DNA of 45,499 nucleotides from contig NC_068990.1 in assembly GCF_001194135.2 (NCBI RefSeq), positions 78,864,005-78,909,503 on the forward strand, read 5' to 3'. Positions 1 through 11,930 of the stretch are shown here, piece by piece. Each line of letters begins with the position of its first letter. The stretch's first letter is position 1. A program made the translations under genes and the position numbers. Under the pieces are notes generated by a model. The model did no database searches and was not told the origin of the DNA. It saw nothing but the letters and a program-made list of their open reading frames with translations. This DNA comes from Octopus bimaculoides (Eukaryota).

Positions 1-37
1 ATATATATATATATATATATATACATACATATATATA

Positions 38-175
38 CGACGGGCTTCTTTCAGTTTCCGTCTACCAAATCCACTCACAAGGCTTTGGTCGGCCCGAGGC
101 TATAGTAGAAGACACTTGCCCAAGGTGCCACGCAGTGGAACTGAACCCGGAACCATGTGGTTACCACACAGCCAC
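38..175 (-). mobile_element. tRNA-derived SINE (octopus-type), ending in a (TA/TATG)n tail
   Basis: The minus strand reads GTGGCTGTGTGGTAA..CCACATGGTTCCGGGTTCAGTTCCACTGCG, i.e. A-box- and B-box-like motifs. A near-identical copy lies at 7676-7838; this copy lacks the GGGAAGCAAGCTTCTT stretch of that copy. Confidence 0.85.
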
Positions 176-179
176 TTCT

Positions 180-362
180 AGGCCTGTTTGTGGGGAGCAA
201 ATTTAGGGGAAGGGAGTCAGTCGATTAGATGGAATTTGGTGCCAGCTGGTACTTTATATGATTGATTTGGAAAGTAGAAGGCAAAGTTGATGTTGGCTGC
301 ATTCCAACTAAGATCGTCGAGAGCCAGAAGGAATGCCGCTTAGGATGTTGTCGGACACGCTA
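180..362 (-). mobile_element. Degenerate SINE of a second family
   Basis: Its reverse complement resembles the plus-strand copies at 14837-15210 (GTTC..AATT..GCC..GTC.ACTTTGCCTT..ATAAAGTACCAG..CCC..AAATTTGCT). Confidence 0.6.
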
Positions 363-484
363 ACGATTGTGCCAACTCGAAACTGAAATAACATATCAAA
401 TCCCCAGCAGCGTGTCGAAAACTTCTATTGACTCTATCAGTGCTCAAATAAATCTTCAATATGACACAATCACAAAGCGTCAGA

Positions 485-871
485 TCAATAGCGATGTCTC
501 ACACGATTACTACCATCACCGTGAACAACAACAATAACAAAACAAAGAAGCAACAAGACAAAACAAAAAACAAAAAAAAAACTGTATAAACGAATTATGT
601 GCATATATATCTCAGTACATATGTATGTATGTATGTATGTATGTATGCATACATGTATGTATGTATGTATGTATGTATGCATGCGTGTATGTATGTATGT
701 ATGTAATATAAATATATATAATATATGTATGTAAAGGGAATAAAAAATATATATATATATGTATATATCTATGTATATATATATACACACATATAAATGC
801 ATATGTGGAATACGTATACGATTTTATGTATCTATATATATGTATGTATGTATTTATCTATTTCAATCTCC

Positions 872-913
<42 letters not shown>
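485..913. repeat. Compound microsatellites (ACA, TATG, TA, CT) flanking an assembly gap
   Basis: Directly visible simple repeats. Confidence 0.9.
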
Positions 914-915
<2 letters not shown>

Positions 916-2696
916 NNNNNNNNNNNNNNNNNNNNNNNNNNNNNNNNNNNNNNNNNNNNNNNNNNNNNNNNNNNNNNNNNNNNNNNNNNNNNNNNNNNNN
1001 NNNNNNNNNNNNNNNNNNNNNNNNNNNNNNNNNNNNNNNNNNNNNNNNNNNNNNNNNNNNNNNNNNNNNNNNNNNNNNNNNNNNNNNNNNNNNNNNNNNN
1101 NNNNNNNNNNNNNNNNNNNNNNNNNNNNNNNNNNNNNNNNNNNNNNNNNNNNNNNNNNNNNNNNNNNNNNNNNNNNNNNNNNNNNNNNNNNNNNNNNNNN
1201 NNNNNNNNNNNNNNNNNNNNNNNNNNNNNNNNNNNNNNNNNNNNNNNNNNNNNNNNNNNNNNNNNNNNNNNNNNNNNNNNNNNNNNNNNNNNNNNNNNNN
1301 NNNNNNNNNNNNNNNNNNNNNNNNNNNNNNNNNNNNNNNNNNNNNNNNNNNNNNNNNNNNNNNNNNNNNNNNNNNNNNNNNNNNNNNNNNNNNNNNNNNN
1401 NNNNNNNNNNNNNNNNNNNNNNNNNNNNNNNNNNNNNNNNNNNNNNNNNNNNNNNNNNNNNNNNNNNNNNNNNNNNNNNNNNNNNNNNNNNNNNNNNNNN
1501 NNNNNNNNNNNNNNNNNNNNNNNNNNNNNNNNNNNNNNNNNNNNNNNNNNNNNNNNNNNNNNNNNNNNNNNNNNNNNNNNNNNNNNNNNNNNNNNNNNNN
1601 NNNNNNNNNNNNNNNNNNNNNNNNNNNNNNNNNNNNNNNNNNATATATATATATATATATATATACATTACATATATATATATGTGTGTGTGTATGCTGA
1701 TAGTCTCAGAAATATTTGCAACATTATTCCACTAATATTCCTACAAATACGTTCAAATATACACATGAAGAAACTAATATGGAGGCAGAAAGACACAGTT
1801 ACACACATACACATGCACACAGACGTACTCGGCTAAAGATTGCGCCACTGGCATTGTGCAGCCTATTTCTTTTGAAAGGGTCCCATAAACATAGGATGAA
1901 ACACGAATATCTGTCGCGCGCATATGCATATGAAGAGGCACGTATGTATATCTTATATGCTTGTGAGAAAACAAATATATGAAGGATGTTGCTCATTCCA
2001 TGCGAAGTCAATAAGCTGGGAAAAGACGAAAAGGCCTGTCCGGAAGACAGAGGAAACAGAAGGGACGGACATGATAAGATGGAGAAGGAATTATTAGAAA
2101 AAATGAAGGAGAAAATGAATGAGTGACTGAAGGAAAATTGAGAAAATCAAAAGATGATATTATTAATATAAGCGTGCTGTGCGTTACGGCTACTTCAGGT
2201 TATGGGATTTCGCAATAACGGAAATTGTAAAGTAGGACAAAAAATTTTGAGATACAGTCTGGAGTTTCGCTCTTTTGGAAAATCAGGTTGCGTAGTTTAA
2301 AATTGTAAACAATTTAAAATTCCACCTGCACCACTTAAATTGACCACAAAAATTATTACTAAAGGGTTGGCACATATAGAGGAAGGCCTTCAGTTTTTTG
2401 CTGATGATAAGGAGTCTACAAGGAGCTCAGTTCCTTCAGTGGGCTGTACAAACAGATGATACCGCATAAAACAAAAAACAGCGGGATAAGTTCTTTGCCC
2501 CTCAATCTGATTTTGGTGATAATAAACAATAAGATGTTGTAAATATTGTCCTTCATCCCTTTACAAACGGTCATTCCACCAACACCCCTCACACAGTAGT
2601 CAACATCTTTTGTGGTAAGGACGTATTCTCACCGTATTGCGATTATTTATTATTAATTTCCAAACGTATTCGTCTTGAGACGTTTTTTTGTATTTT

Positions 2697-2964
2697 TTGA
2701 AAGTAGAAATGGCAAGACTGTATGGAATGCGAGAGTGTAAAGGTGATACCAGTAGTGATCGGAGCGTTGGTCTCAATCCCATTGAAACTTCAAGACTTCT
2801 TAAGGCAACTGGAAATTCCATGCAAGATTGATGTCTTGCAAAAAGCAGCCTTATTGGGCACAGCGCACATCTTAAAGAAAGTATTATCTGTTTGAGGTCC
2901 TTGTTGTTACTTGACAGATGACTAAAGACTTCGGTGCATTTCTACCTACACTGTGTTACAAAGG
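2697..2964 (+). mobile_element. R4/Dong-like non-LTR retrotransposon, 5'-truncated 3' end
   Basis: Translates LKVEMARLYGM / VKVIPVVIGALVSIPLKLQDFLRQLEIPCKIDVLQKAALLGTAHILKKVLSV* (one frameshift, stop at 2893-2895). This is the typical C-terminus of RLE elements, followed by a ~70 bp UTR and (AAT)7. Confidence 0.85.
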
Positions 2965-2984
2965 AATAATAATAATAATAATAA

Positions 2985-3459
2985 TGGTACGAACATAAAC
3001 CCGAAGGCATTATCGAAAATGATAATGCAAAGATCCTATGGGTTTTTATGATTCAGTGCGACCAAGAGATAGAGAATAGGAAACCTGATATAGTGCTAAT
3101 TGAAAAAGAATGCAAACGATGCTGGATCACAGATATAATATGCCCAGCTGACAACAAGGTATGCGATAAGGAAGAAAGAAAATTCGATAGATATGACAGG
3201 TTAGCTTGGGAGGTTAAGAAGTTGAGGTCGCTGAAAAAGGTGGTAGTAGTGCCAGTAATTGTCAGAGCCCTGGGAACAGCGAATAAAAATCTTGAGAAGT
3301 ACGTGAAACAAATAGGGTGAGCACTTGCAGAAAATAACACTACTTGGAACCGCTGGTATACTCCGGATGGTTCCCGAAAAATAAGGGGTGTTACCTTAGT
3401 TCCCTGGTAGGGGACAGCTGACACCGCAGTGCATTTCCATCATTAAAAGCTGTGCAAAG

Positions 3460-3460
<1 letters not shown>
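2985..3460 (+). mobile_element. R4/Dong-like retrotransposon, RLE domain and 3' end
   Basis: WYEHKPEGIIENDNAKILW..RKPDIVLIEKECKRCWITDIICPADNKVCDKEERKFDRY carries the PD..D..K motif, followed by VVPVIVRALG..LQKITLLGTAGILR. Starts inside (AAT)7 and ends in (CAA)n/(TAA)n. Confidence 0.9.
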
Positions 3461-3881
<421 letters not shown>

Positions 3882-4256
3882 AATGGAGAAAGAATGAAAA
3901 GAGAAAATGCATGCGATAAAAAGAGTATAACAAAAAGAGAGAAATGGCGAGTAAAGCGAAAATTTAAAAAAAGGACGAGGGGGAAATAAGTGAATTTGTG
4001 TAGAAATGTGAATATAAAGGAAAAAATCAAACAAAAATAAGATAAAGAAAGAAAATAAAAAAAGACGTTAAAAGAAAAGAAGAAAATAGATTTGAAAGGA
4101 AAAAAATGAAGAATGAGAAAAGTTGGGCGATGAAAAAAGCTGATAAAAAATATTTGCAAAACTTAAAAATAAAAATAAAATTACTTCAGAGATAAAAGAA
4201 ATTGAGAAAGAATAAAACTTTTACAAATGTCGAGGTATGATTTCAGTTGATAATAC

Positions 4257-4296
<40 letters not shown>

Positions 4297-4468
4297 ATGT
4301 ATGTGTATGTGTGGTCGTGTGTGTGTGTGTGTGTATCAGTGTGTCCTACATATATCTGTTGTAGAATTTTTAGTAAAAAAAAACAGTTTGCATGTGAATA
4401 TGCATATGATACTGTTGCTTTAACTGTACATAAATGTATACACACAAATATACACACGTATGTGTGTT

Positions 4469-4499
<31 letters not shown>

Positions 4500-4785
4500 G
4501 TGTACGAGTGTGTGGGCGTGATGACTTCTTTTCAAACGTCTTTCACACAGCATTAAACGTAAAAGTTTGTCTTCTAACTATCACGTTTGTTCCACTGAAC
4601 AGCTTTGTTTCGGATCATTAACTCGTAAAAGTTTTACACACAAACATCCCAATACATACATACATACATACATACATACATACAAGCATGCATGCATGTA
4701 TACACACATGCACACACACATATGCATACTCACACACACGTATCTATATCTATATATATATCTATATCTATATCTATATCTATAC

Positions 4786-4824
<39 letters not shown>

Positions 4825-4837
4825 CTTACATCTTCAA

Positions 4838-5515
4838 GGCGGGTGAAAAGTTAGTAGGTATTAAAAATTGGTCATAAAATCCATATTTCTTTTATAAATT
4901 TATTGAAACAAATGATACATGTCCTTTATTACATGGGAAAATGAAAGTATATTTTCATATTTCAACGTAAGCACCAGTGGTGTCAACGAGTTTCCTCAAA
5001 CGCCCAGGGATGGAATGAACAACCTTCTGAAGGACGTTGTCTGGAATACCATTGAGAACCTCCTGAAACCGTGTCTCCAAGTCCTCAAATGTACGAGGTT
5101 TTGTCTTACACACCTCCTCTTTTGTGTAACCCCACAGGTAAAAATCACATGAAGTGATATCTGGACTTCTACGGTGACAGTCTTCGGGTTTTAGCTGCTG
5201 CACGTAATGGGGTTTCCTCGGACGAAAATTCAATTCTTTGTGTGTCTTGTTAGTTCACTTTCACGAGCTGCTTGGTGTGTTGATTTTTGCTGGCTACGAT
5301 TAAACATTTCCTGCACTTTTGCCACGTTCTCCGCTGATCGGGATGTGGTTGGACGGTTGGAGTTCGTGGTCATCAGCTTTGAATGACATCTTTCTATTGT
5401 CTACGGACGTTGGGATGGATGCTTACCTTTCCATGCATACCACGGTCTCTGAACCAAAACAATGGAATTCCACACCTCATAGCGTGCTGCTATCTTTAGC
5501 TTTATGGTATGAATC
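4838..5515 (-). mobile_element. Internally deleted Tc1/mariner (DD41D-like) transposon
   Basis: N-terminal KIAARYEVWNSIVLVQR and ENVAKVQEMFNRSQQKST HTH-like segments are joined to the C-terminal RSPDITSCDFYLWGYTKEEV..RLRKLVDTTGAYVEI*. The central catalytic region is missing. Confidence 0.8.
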
Positions 5516-7170
5516 ATATATTGAAGGGGCTGCAGAAGTGATAGTCTTGTTCTTGTAGCAACTGAAGCTCTTCGTGCAATTTCCTCAGGTCCGTTCCCCA
5601 TAGTAAATCTGGAGAAATCTGTGTTCATCGCCATCTTGCGGCATAAGGGAGCCAATTTGGTGGTAAATTTGATCTTGTACTTTGAAGGTGGGCATATAAT
5701 GTCCATCTCTTATTATTGTATGACCAAAGCTTGTCATTTGGAAAGCGAAATTGTAGGCTGTTATATTCCGAAGAAAGTATTTAGAATCTGGATGATCTCC
5801 GAGCAGCTGGGACTTCAAAGGTTCAGCACCGACTTGTAAATGAGGCAAGCTAACCGTTCCATTGGAGCAGCATATACTGGTATATTCTGTTGGCCACTTC
5901 ATTGCGCTATAATGCACGCAAACAGTAGACACGCTGCCAGCGATGATACGTGGGTGTGATGCGTAGTCCTCATGGGGGATGTAATGAAAGGCCTTGTTAG
6001 ACCAGTAACAGGAAGAAACCCTCGAAAAACATGAGAACGCATTTTACGTTGAGAATCAACCCCAAGCCTTGTGACCCTTTGTTCAACAGTCTCTAAAGCA
6101 CGGCTATTTGAAGCAGAGGCAGTATCGCGAGCACACCGGAGTTCTGCTTGTTGAGTAGTCAGTCTGTGATACTCTGGCGGTTGAAGTAGAAGCAGCATTG
6201 CGAGTACACCGAAGCACACATTGTTCTTCTGCCTCGCTTTCCCACGAGGAACGCAAAACGGAAGCAATTTTTGGTTTTCTGCCAATGTGACTCTTGCTTT
6301 TTTGAGGCATCCTATCGAGAATCTGTAATTGAATGAAAACCGGAAAACTTCAATTGAGATATAGGGTTCGGCAATATGTGATGTTGACCGATAAACTAAC
6401 GAAACTTGTGAATGAATAAGCTACCAGAATCGACCGAATAGCGTTTTTTTTTATTAGAATGTAACCAATGAATTTGATTTGTAAAGTTTGTGAAAATGAT
6501 AACAAGAATTTGCCAAAACAGCGTTTAGTTATGCTTACTGATAAAAAATAACTTGTAATTTGAAATGTTGATATTAATATTCCTTCTTCATGAAATGGAA
6601 TTAAAGAATAAATAATGGGCATGCACGTGTCAAATCAAGCGAGTCACGCAAAAGTCGAAAAATACGGCTCATTTCTTGTTTTATACAAGAAACTGTTAGC
6701 CAAAGTTTCAGATATTTGTCACCGAAATTTCCACGTTCAATTATCAATTTGTCGTTTTCTACTGTAAATTGAATTTTGTTGTGAGAACATATTCACAGAG
6801 TTGATTGATCGCCATTTAGTGCCATTTATTCGTTAAAGTTAATATTTTATTTTTATTTTCACTTATTCAAAATAATTGCATTGTTTTCTGACTCTTTTGT
6901 GTCAGATTATTTATTAAACACAGAATGAAATGCCTGGATGCACGTGTTCGATTACCGTTCATTCTAGAATGATATCGATCTTTACTGCAATCACATGTGA
7001 TCTTTTATGCAATTTAACTGATGCACCCACTGTGACATCCTTTACCTATGTGTAAAATTTCAGCGCAATCAGTTGAAAATACGGCTGTTATAATCTTTTA
7101 CACACACACACACACACACACACTNNNNNNNNNNNNNNNNNNNNAGAGAACGGGATTCATATATTGTAGA
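5515..7170 (-). mobile_element. Helitron 5' portion with truncated Rep/Hel ORF
   Basis: CVHYSAMKWPTE..CCSNGTVSLP..YFLRNITAYNFAFQMTSFG..FKVQDQIYHQIGSL..FLQIY is characteristic of Helitron Rep N-terminal regions. A putative 5' end A|TCTACAATATATG lies at 7171/7170 on the minus strand, with a subterminal (GT)n. Confidence 0.85.
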
Positions 7171-7189
7171 TTATACTGCATATCTCTTC

Positions 7190-7400
7190 AGACACCTGGA
7201 AGAAGAAGGTCCTGCAGTGCGATGAATGGTACAGATTGCTGAAGCTTGTCGTTCCAGCCATAGAGAGAGAATACGTAATTTCAGCCGAGAGACTATGAAA
7301 GAGCGCATGAGAGGCGTCACTTCTCTGCAGCGTCGAAGAGCTTCAGCTGCAACAGATGTCATCGTTGCTTCTGTAGATCAAGGGCAGGCCTTGTAACCCA
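7190..7400 (+). mobile_element. Possible Helitron N-terminal charged-repeat fragment
   Basis: Reads ..RERIRNFSRETMKERMRGVTSLQRRRASAAT, an Arg/Glu-rich segment. The resemblance is weak. Confidence 0.25.
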
Positions 7401-7458
7401 GAGGACAGCTCGAAATGATTATTGAAGAAAAATGGTCGACGTCGATCTTTTTTATATT

Positions 7459-7838
7459 CTTTTACTCGTTTCAGTCATTTGACTGCGTCCATGCTGGAGC
7501 ACCGCCTTCAGTCGGACAAATCGACCCCAGGAATTATTTTTTGTAAGCCTAGTACTTATTCTATCGGTGTCTGTTGCCGAAACGCTAAGTTGTGGGGGAC
7601 ATAAACACACCAACATCGGTTGTCAAGCGACGGTGGGGGCAAACACAGACACAAACATATACAAATATATATATATGGTGGGCTTCTTTCAGTTTCCGTC
7701 TACCAAATCCACTCACAAGGCTTTGGTCAGCCCGAGGCTATAGTAGAAGACACTTGCCCAAGGTGCCACACAGTGGGACTGAACCCAGAACCATGTGGTT
7801 GGGAAGCAAGCTTCTTACCACATAGCCAGTCCTGCACC
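7459..7838 (-). mobile_element. Composite (dimeric) SINE: tRNA-head SINE joined through a CA/TA linker to a second SINE-like unit
   Basis: 7676-7838 matches 38-175. 7459-7650 matches 17717-17868 (TTTACT.GTTTCAGTCATTTGACTG..CCATGCTGGAGCACCGCCTT..AATCGACCCCA..TACTTATTCTATCGGT..TGCCGAA.CGCTAAGTT). Confidence 0.85.
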
Positions 7839-8144
7839 CATATATAAAAATAATCTAACATTAAACTGAAAAATTACTCAATACTTTGGGGGTAGAGTGC
7901 ATATATATTAAACTGTTACAAGTAGAGGGGTGACAGTGACTTCGAAGTTTCAGCCTAATAACATTCGTTAATCTGACGAAAGGCTAATTGAGAGTTAGTG
8001 ACATAATAGTTGATAGAGTCAATTATAAGCAACAAACGGTTGATGGTATTAAAGACAATAATATAGTTGGATGTAGAAATTGTTACATTGTAGAGAGAGT
8101 TGGTTGGTAAAGTAGCACTGCATTCAACGTATGTAGATGTGTGC

Positions 8145-8223
8145 ACACTAAGCTGTATCTATCCGTTTCTATCACACGAAGCTGTATCTATCGCTGTATT
8201 TATCACACGAAGCTGTATCTATC
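8145..8223 (+). repeat. Minisatellite, 3 imperfect ~30-bp units containing ACACGAAGCTGTATCTATC
   Basis: Directly visible. Confidence 0.8.
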
Positions 8224-8359
8224 ATATATTTATTTAAATATTTTGTGTTTCTGAGAATCTTCTGCCAAATAAAGAAGTCAGCATTATTTAAAAACCAATA
8301 CAACACATTTCAACAATAATGTGAAATTCTACTCCAGAGATAAGGCTTAGCGATAAGAA

Positions 8360-8530
8360 TATGTAAGGCATGGAATATGGAATCCTTGATGCAGTTATAA
8401 AAGCACTGGAAGCAATGTAGCGTGATACAAATCAGAAGCATCGAAGAATTTCGTGGCAAAATCGTCCTCTTATGCTGTTGAGAAAATCGCATTCGTAAGA
8501 TGTGTTGAAATTCAGCAGAAAATATTAACA
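8360..8530 (+). mobile_element. Highly decayed LINE (RTE-like) RT fragment
   Basis: YGILDAVIKALEAM*RDT resembles the RTE-type 'YGIP..II.AI..MY.DT' RT segment. Heavily frameshifted. Confidence 0.35.
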
Positions 8531-9256
8531 ATAGTAGAAACGCGAAAGCATGGAAATATATTTCACCAGATTTCTGCTCTACGTTAAAATGTCATAATAG
8601 ATTTAGTTGAAGAATGGAGACAGAGTAAAATAAAATAAATAATAATAAGAATTTATTAGCAACAGCATTCCATGCATTTATGCAAATGAGATGATGAAGA
8701 ACACGCGGGAGTAAACAAAACAAAGAGTTATATACAAAAAAAGAGAGGAAGAGTAAAGACTTTATACAATGAATCATTCAAAAAGATTAAACACAGAAGA
8801 AATATAAAATTATAAAATAGTGAAAAGATATAACTTAAACAGAGAAAATATAAATTGGGTTCTTTCTCTACCCGACATATATGTCAGAATCTACTAGTTC
8901 GTGTCAAAGAATCACACCATTTTGCTTGTTTACCTTTCGTCGTATTGAATTCAGGTCTACCCTAACCGCTTCCATTAACATTTTCTGTGTTGGCCATGAC
9001 AACGTTCTCCAACATCCTCTGGATATTGATGCTTTTCTGTTGTGATAAATCCTTGATATTGTCTTTGCCAGTGTTTTAACATTTAAATATCTCCTGTAAA
9101 TCAGTCTTAGATATTTCTCATCATTCAACATTGTCAACATTATCAACATTGTAAAGGACTATTTTTGAGGTGGGTAAGCTATTTTACCAAAACTCTCAAT
9201 CTGTAAAAATATCAATTTCGTTTGTAAAGTAAATATGTAATTTTCCACTTAAATAT

Positions 9257-9330
9257 TTGTTATACAACAATTGTTATACAACAATTGTTATACAACAATT
9301 GTTATACAACAATTGTTATACAACAATTGT
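9257..9330. repeat. Perfect tandem array of the 14-bp quasi-palindrome TTGTTATACAACAA x5
   Basis: Five exact copies at 9257-9326 plus a partial sixth. Confidence 0.95.
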
Positions 9331-10179
9331 GAAATTTTAAAACGTCATGAAAGCATTCCTTATGAACAAAATTCATTTTCTGAAACTTGTCATTTTCCGT
9401 TTTGTTTATGTACGAAGAACTTTCGGTTAAGATATTGCACTAAAATGTTATGCTAATATTCTGGACAAAAACCATTTCCTTTGACATTCATCATCTGCCA
9501 TAGCTATTATTCACATACAATTCATATTTGTGAATATGTCTGTGAGTTGTATTCATATAAAAAGATAACCATTGAACACATATTCACATACACATTCACA
9601 AATGTGAGAGTTTTTATGGGGTTACTCGATCTACTAGAAATACTAGCCATGTCTCTTTCAAATCAGTCAGAGTCACATCAAAACGATGAAAACAGAACAT
9701 TGACTAGGAACGTTTATGACGAAATCATCAACAATGTATGAATACGAAGTTTGTAGAATATGAAATGAAATGTTTTTAAAACAAACATTTTTGGTAAAAC
9801 CATTTGAAAAGATTATTTATGAAAGCCTTCATTGAGAAAGACATCCTAGATTTTCAATAACTTGCGTAAGTGAAAAGCTCATAATATAACAATTATTTTC
9901 TGAAAATAAAAATAGAATCGGCAAATAAAATTGCCCCTCCTTAGTACCAGAGCGAACTATAAGACCCAAAAATCCTAGACTTGTATAGTAAAGCTATTAT
10001 AGATACTTGTATGGTACCGCTTTAAGACCAACTTCCACCCATTTAGATTTGTTGTTGTAGCATTTGTTCTTTTGGGCTTTTCACTTTCATAATAAACTAT
10101 GAACATCAAAAATACAGATATAGCATAAAATTTGCATGACGATAATACTGATAATAATAATATTAATAACAATAATAAT

Positions 10180-10335
10180 AATTCTTTGTAATGTTTGGCA
10201 CAAGGCCAGCTATTTTGAGAAGAGGGGCAAGTCGTTTAGATAGACCTCAGGGGTAAAATTCAAAGTCCATCTGTGTGGGATTTGAAACCGTAACATAAAG
10301 AGGCATAACTAAATACTGCATGATATTTCAGTCTG
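10180..10335 (-). mobile_element. Degenerate SINE
   Basis: TTTGGCACAAGGCCAGC.ATTTT..GAGGGG.AAGTCG.TTA resembles the reverse complement of the SINE 3' body at 14940-15210; next to (TAA)n. Confidence 0.55.
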
Positions 10336-10419
10336 GCATTAAGCAAAGAATGTTTGTGTTCTTGTGTATCACTATTCGGATTTCTTTTTCAGGATTCTCC
10401 CGTTTTGAATTAACGAAAA

Positions 10420-11930
10420 TTTGGTTTAAAGGGCAATCGGGAATTACCGGAAGTGAATTTTATTTTTCGCGAATTTCTAGACATATTGTTAATTCTAAAT
10501 TGCAAGACCACCTTAAAATGCTTCAACAAACAGTCTTTTATCTCATTTAATCATCGTTCAAAACGGAAGTTTTCGAGAAACTAAATAGAATTGAAGTAGA
10601 CGGACCGATTATGAATAGAATCAACCAACAGAAAACAACCTTCTTTATGGAAAAATAGAAGAAATAACATCCGTACAAGTTACTGGGAAAGATTTTCCAT
10701 GAATGCAGAAGCTGAAAATGCCTTTATTAGAAAAGATGTTCGGGGTCAAAGAATGGGTTTTCATTTAACGGAAATGATTCAACGTCGATGTGATTTGAAA
10801 AGGAAAATATTGAAATTAGTGAAATAACTTCAAGAAAAGGGAACTCAGTAATTCCTTAGATGCATAAATAACTGTGTATAATCACATATAAATGTCCACT
10901 CATTCTGGTAAATTCTGGGATATGGAAATTATCAACATTTATGGTAATTTATCGAGGAAAATAATTATCGGATTTCTTTAAAAAAGTTTTTCGAATTTAA
11001 TCTTGGTTTGAATAAATAATATAGTTGCAGGTTTAATTGATGGAGTCTCATGTTTAAATTTGAGAACAACATTAACCGCTTGTATTTATTGTGTGACGCC
11101 CACATCTCTCTCTCTCAAATTTATGAGCCTTGTAACGACAACAATGTGTTTGAGGGAACATTCGAGAATATTAATCACAATGTAGATTTTGCGGTTACTA
11201 ATAAGTTCAACAATTATGCCGATCTGATGCAAAGTGAACTTAGTGAAAGATTTCTGGAGTGCAGAAGGATTCTTTTCTTCCGTAAATATCAAACAAAAGT
11301 GAAATTCTTCAGATATATGTTGAAGAGAAACATGGTCATGAATTGGAATTAATCAATAATACAAAATAGAATTGTTTATTTGTAATCAGAGAATGATTCG
11401 TGTTCCTTCAATGCTGTATTGCCAAAGTTATGATCAATATAATACAATTTGTCGATCTTTCAGAGAATGAATTTAATGTTATCCTTATCGTTGTATCAAC
11501 TTTGAAACCAATGAAAACTGAAGAAGAAAACAAGGCGGAACGAATGCAACTTAATCCCCACAGAAAGTTCATTAGTCTTTATTCTCGAAGAATTGAATCG
11601 ACAAGATACTTCAATGTATCACTTGCTGAGAGAATCAAACAGCAAAGGAAACAAATACTGACGAGATTCATGAAGTGTTCCAATAATACTCTTTGTTGAC
11701 TCACTTCTTGTTTTGTTCAAAGAAATCTCAAAGCAAAATATTATCAAAGAATTGTAAGAAAAAATGGTCATCGCTTTGTCGAAGGAATTTCTTGCTTTCC
11801 ATTCTGAACTCTATAGAGTTCAGAATGGAAGACTCCATCAAAAGAACTGTCCCTTACTACATACAATGTTGCTTCTCGAGACAAAACTATATCTTTAATG
11901 CGATTGAAATATCTTTTTAGTAATTAAAGA
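10420..11930 (+). pseudogene. Fossil hAT-type (ZMYM1/Charlie-like) transposase
   Basis: Frameshifted pieces: FREFLDIL, SKLQDHLK/NASTNSL..IVQN (cf. 'L..HL....Y.S..IQNE'), RLYLLCD and LTTYNVASRDKTISLMRLK (cf. the hAT dimerisation 'P.T.VASER.FS.L'). Many stops; recognised by eye. Confidence 0.4.

Noticed and set aside
759-1836. Long ORFs in the track spanning N-runs (also at 12.2-13.0, 17.8-18.4, 20.5-21.1, 22.3-22.9, 23.4-24.2, 25.3-27.3, 37.5-37.9 and 40.3-41.2 kb)
   Set aside because: They are open only because N-gaps and (TA)/(CA)/(CT) repeats contain no stops. They are not genes.
1700-2600. Possible host exons in unique sequence
   Set aside because: No recognisable protein similarity or convincing pair of splice sites by eye.
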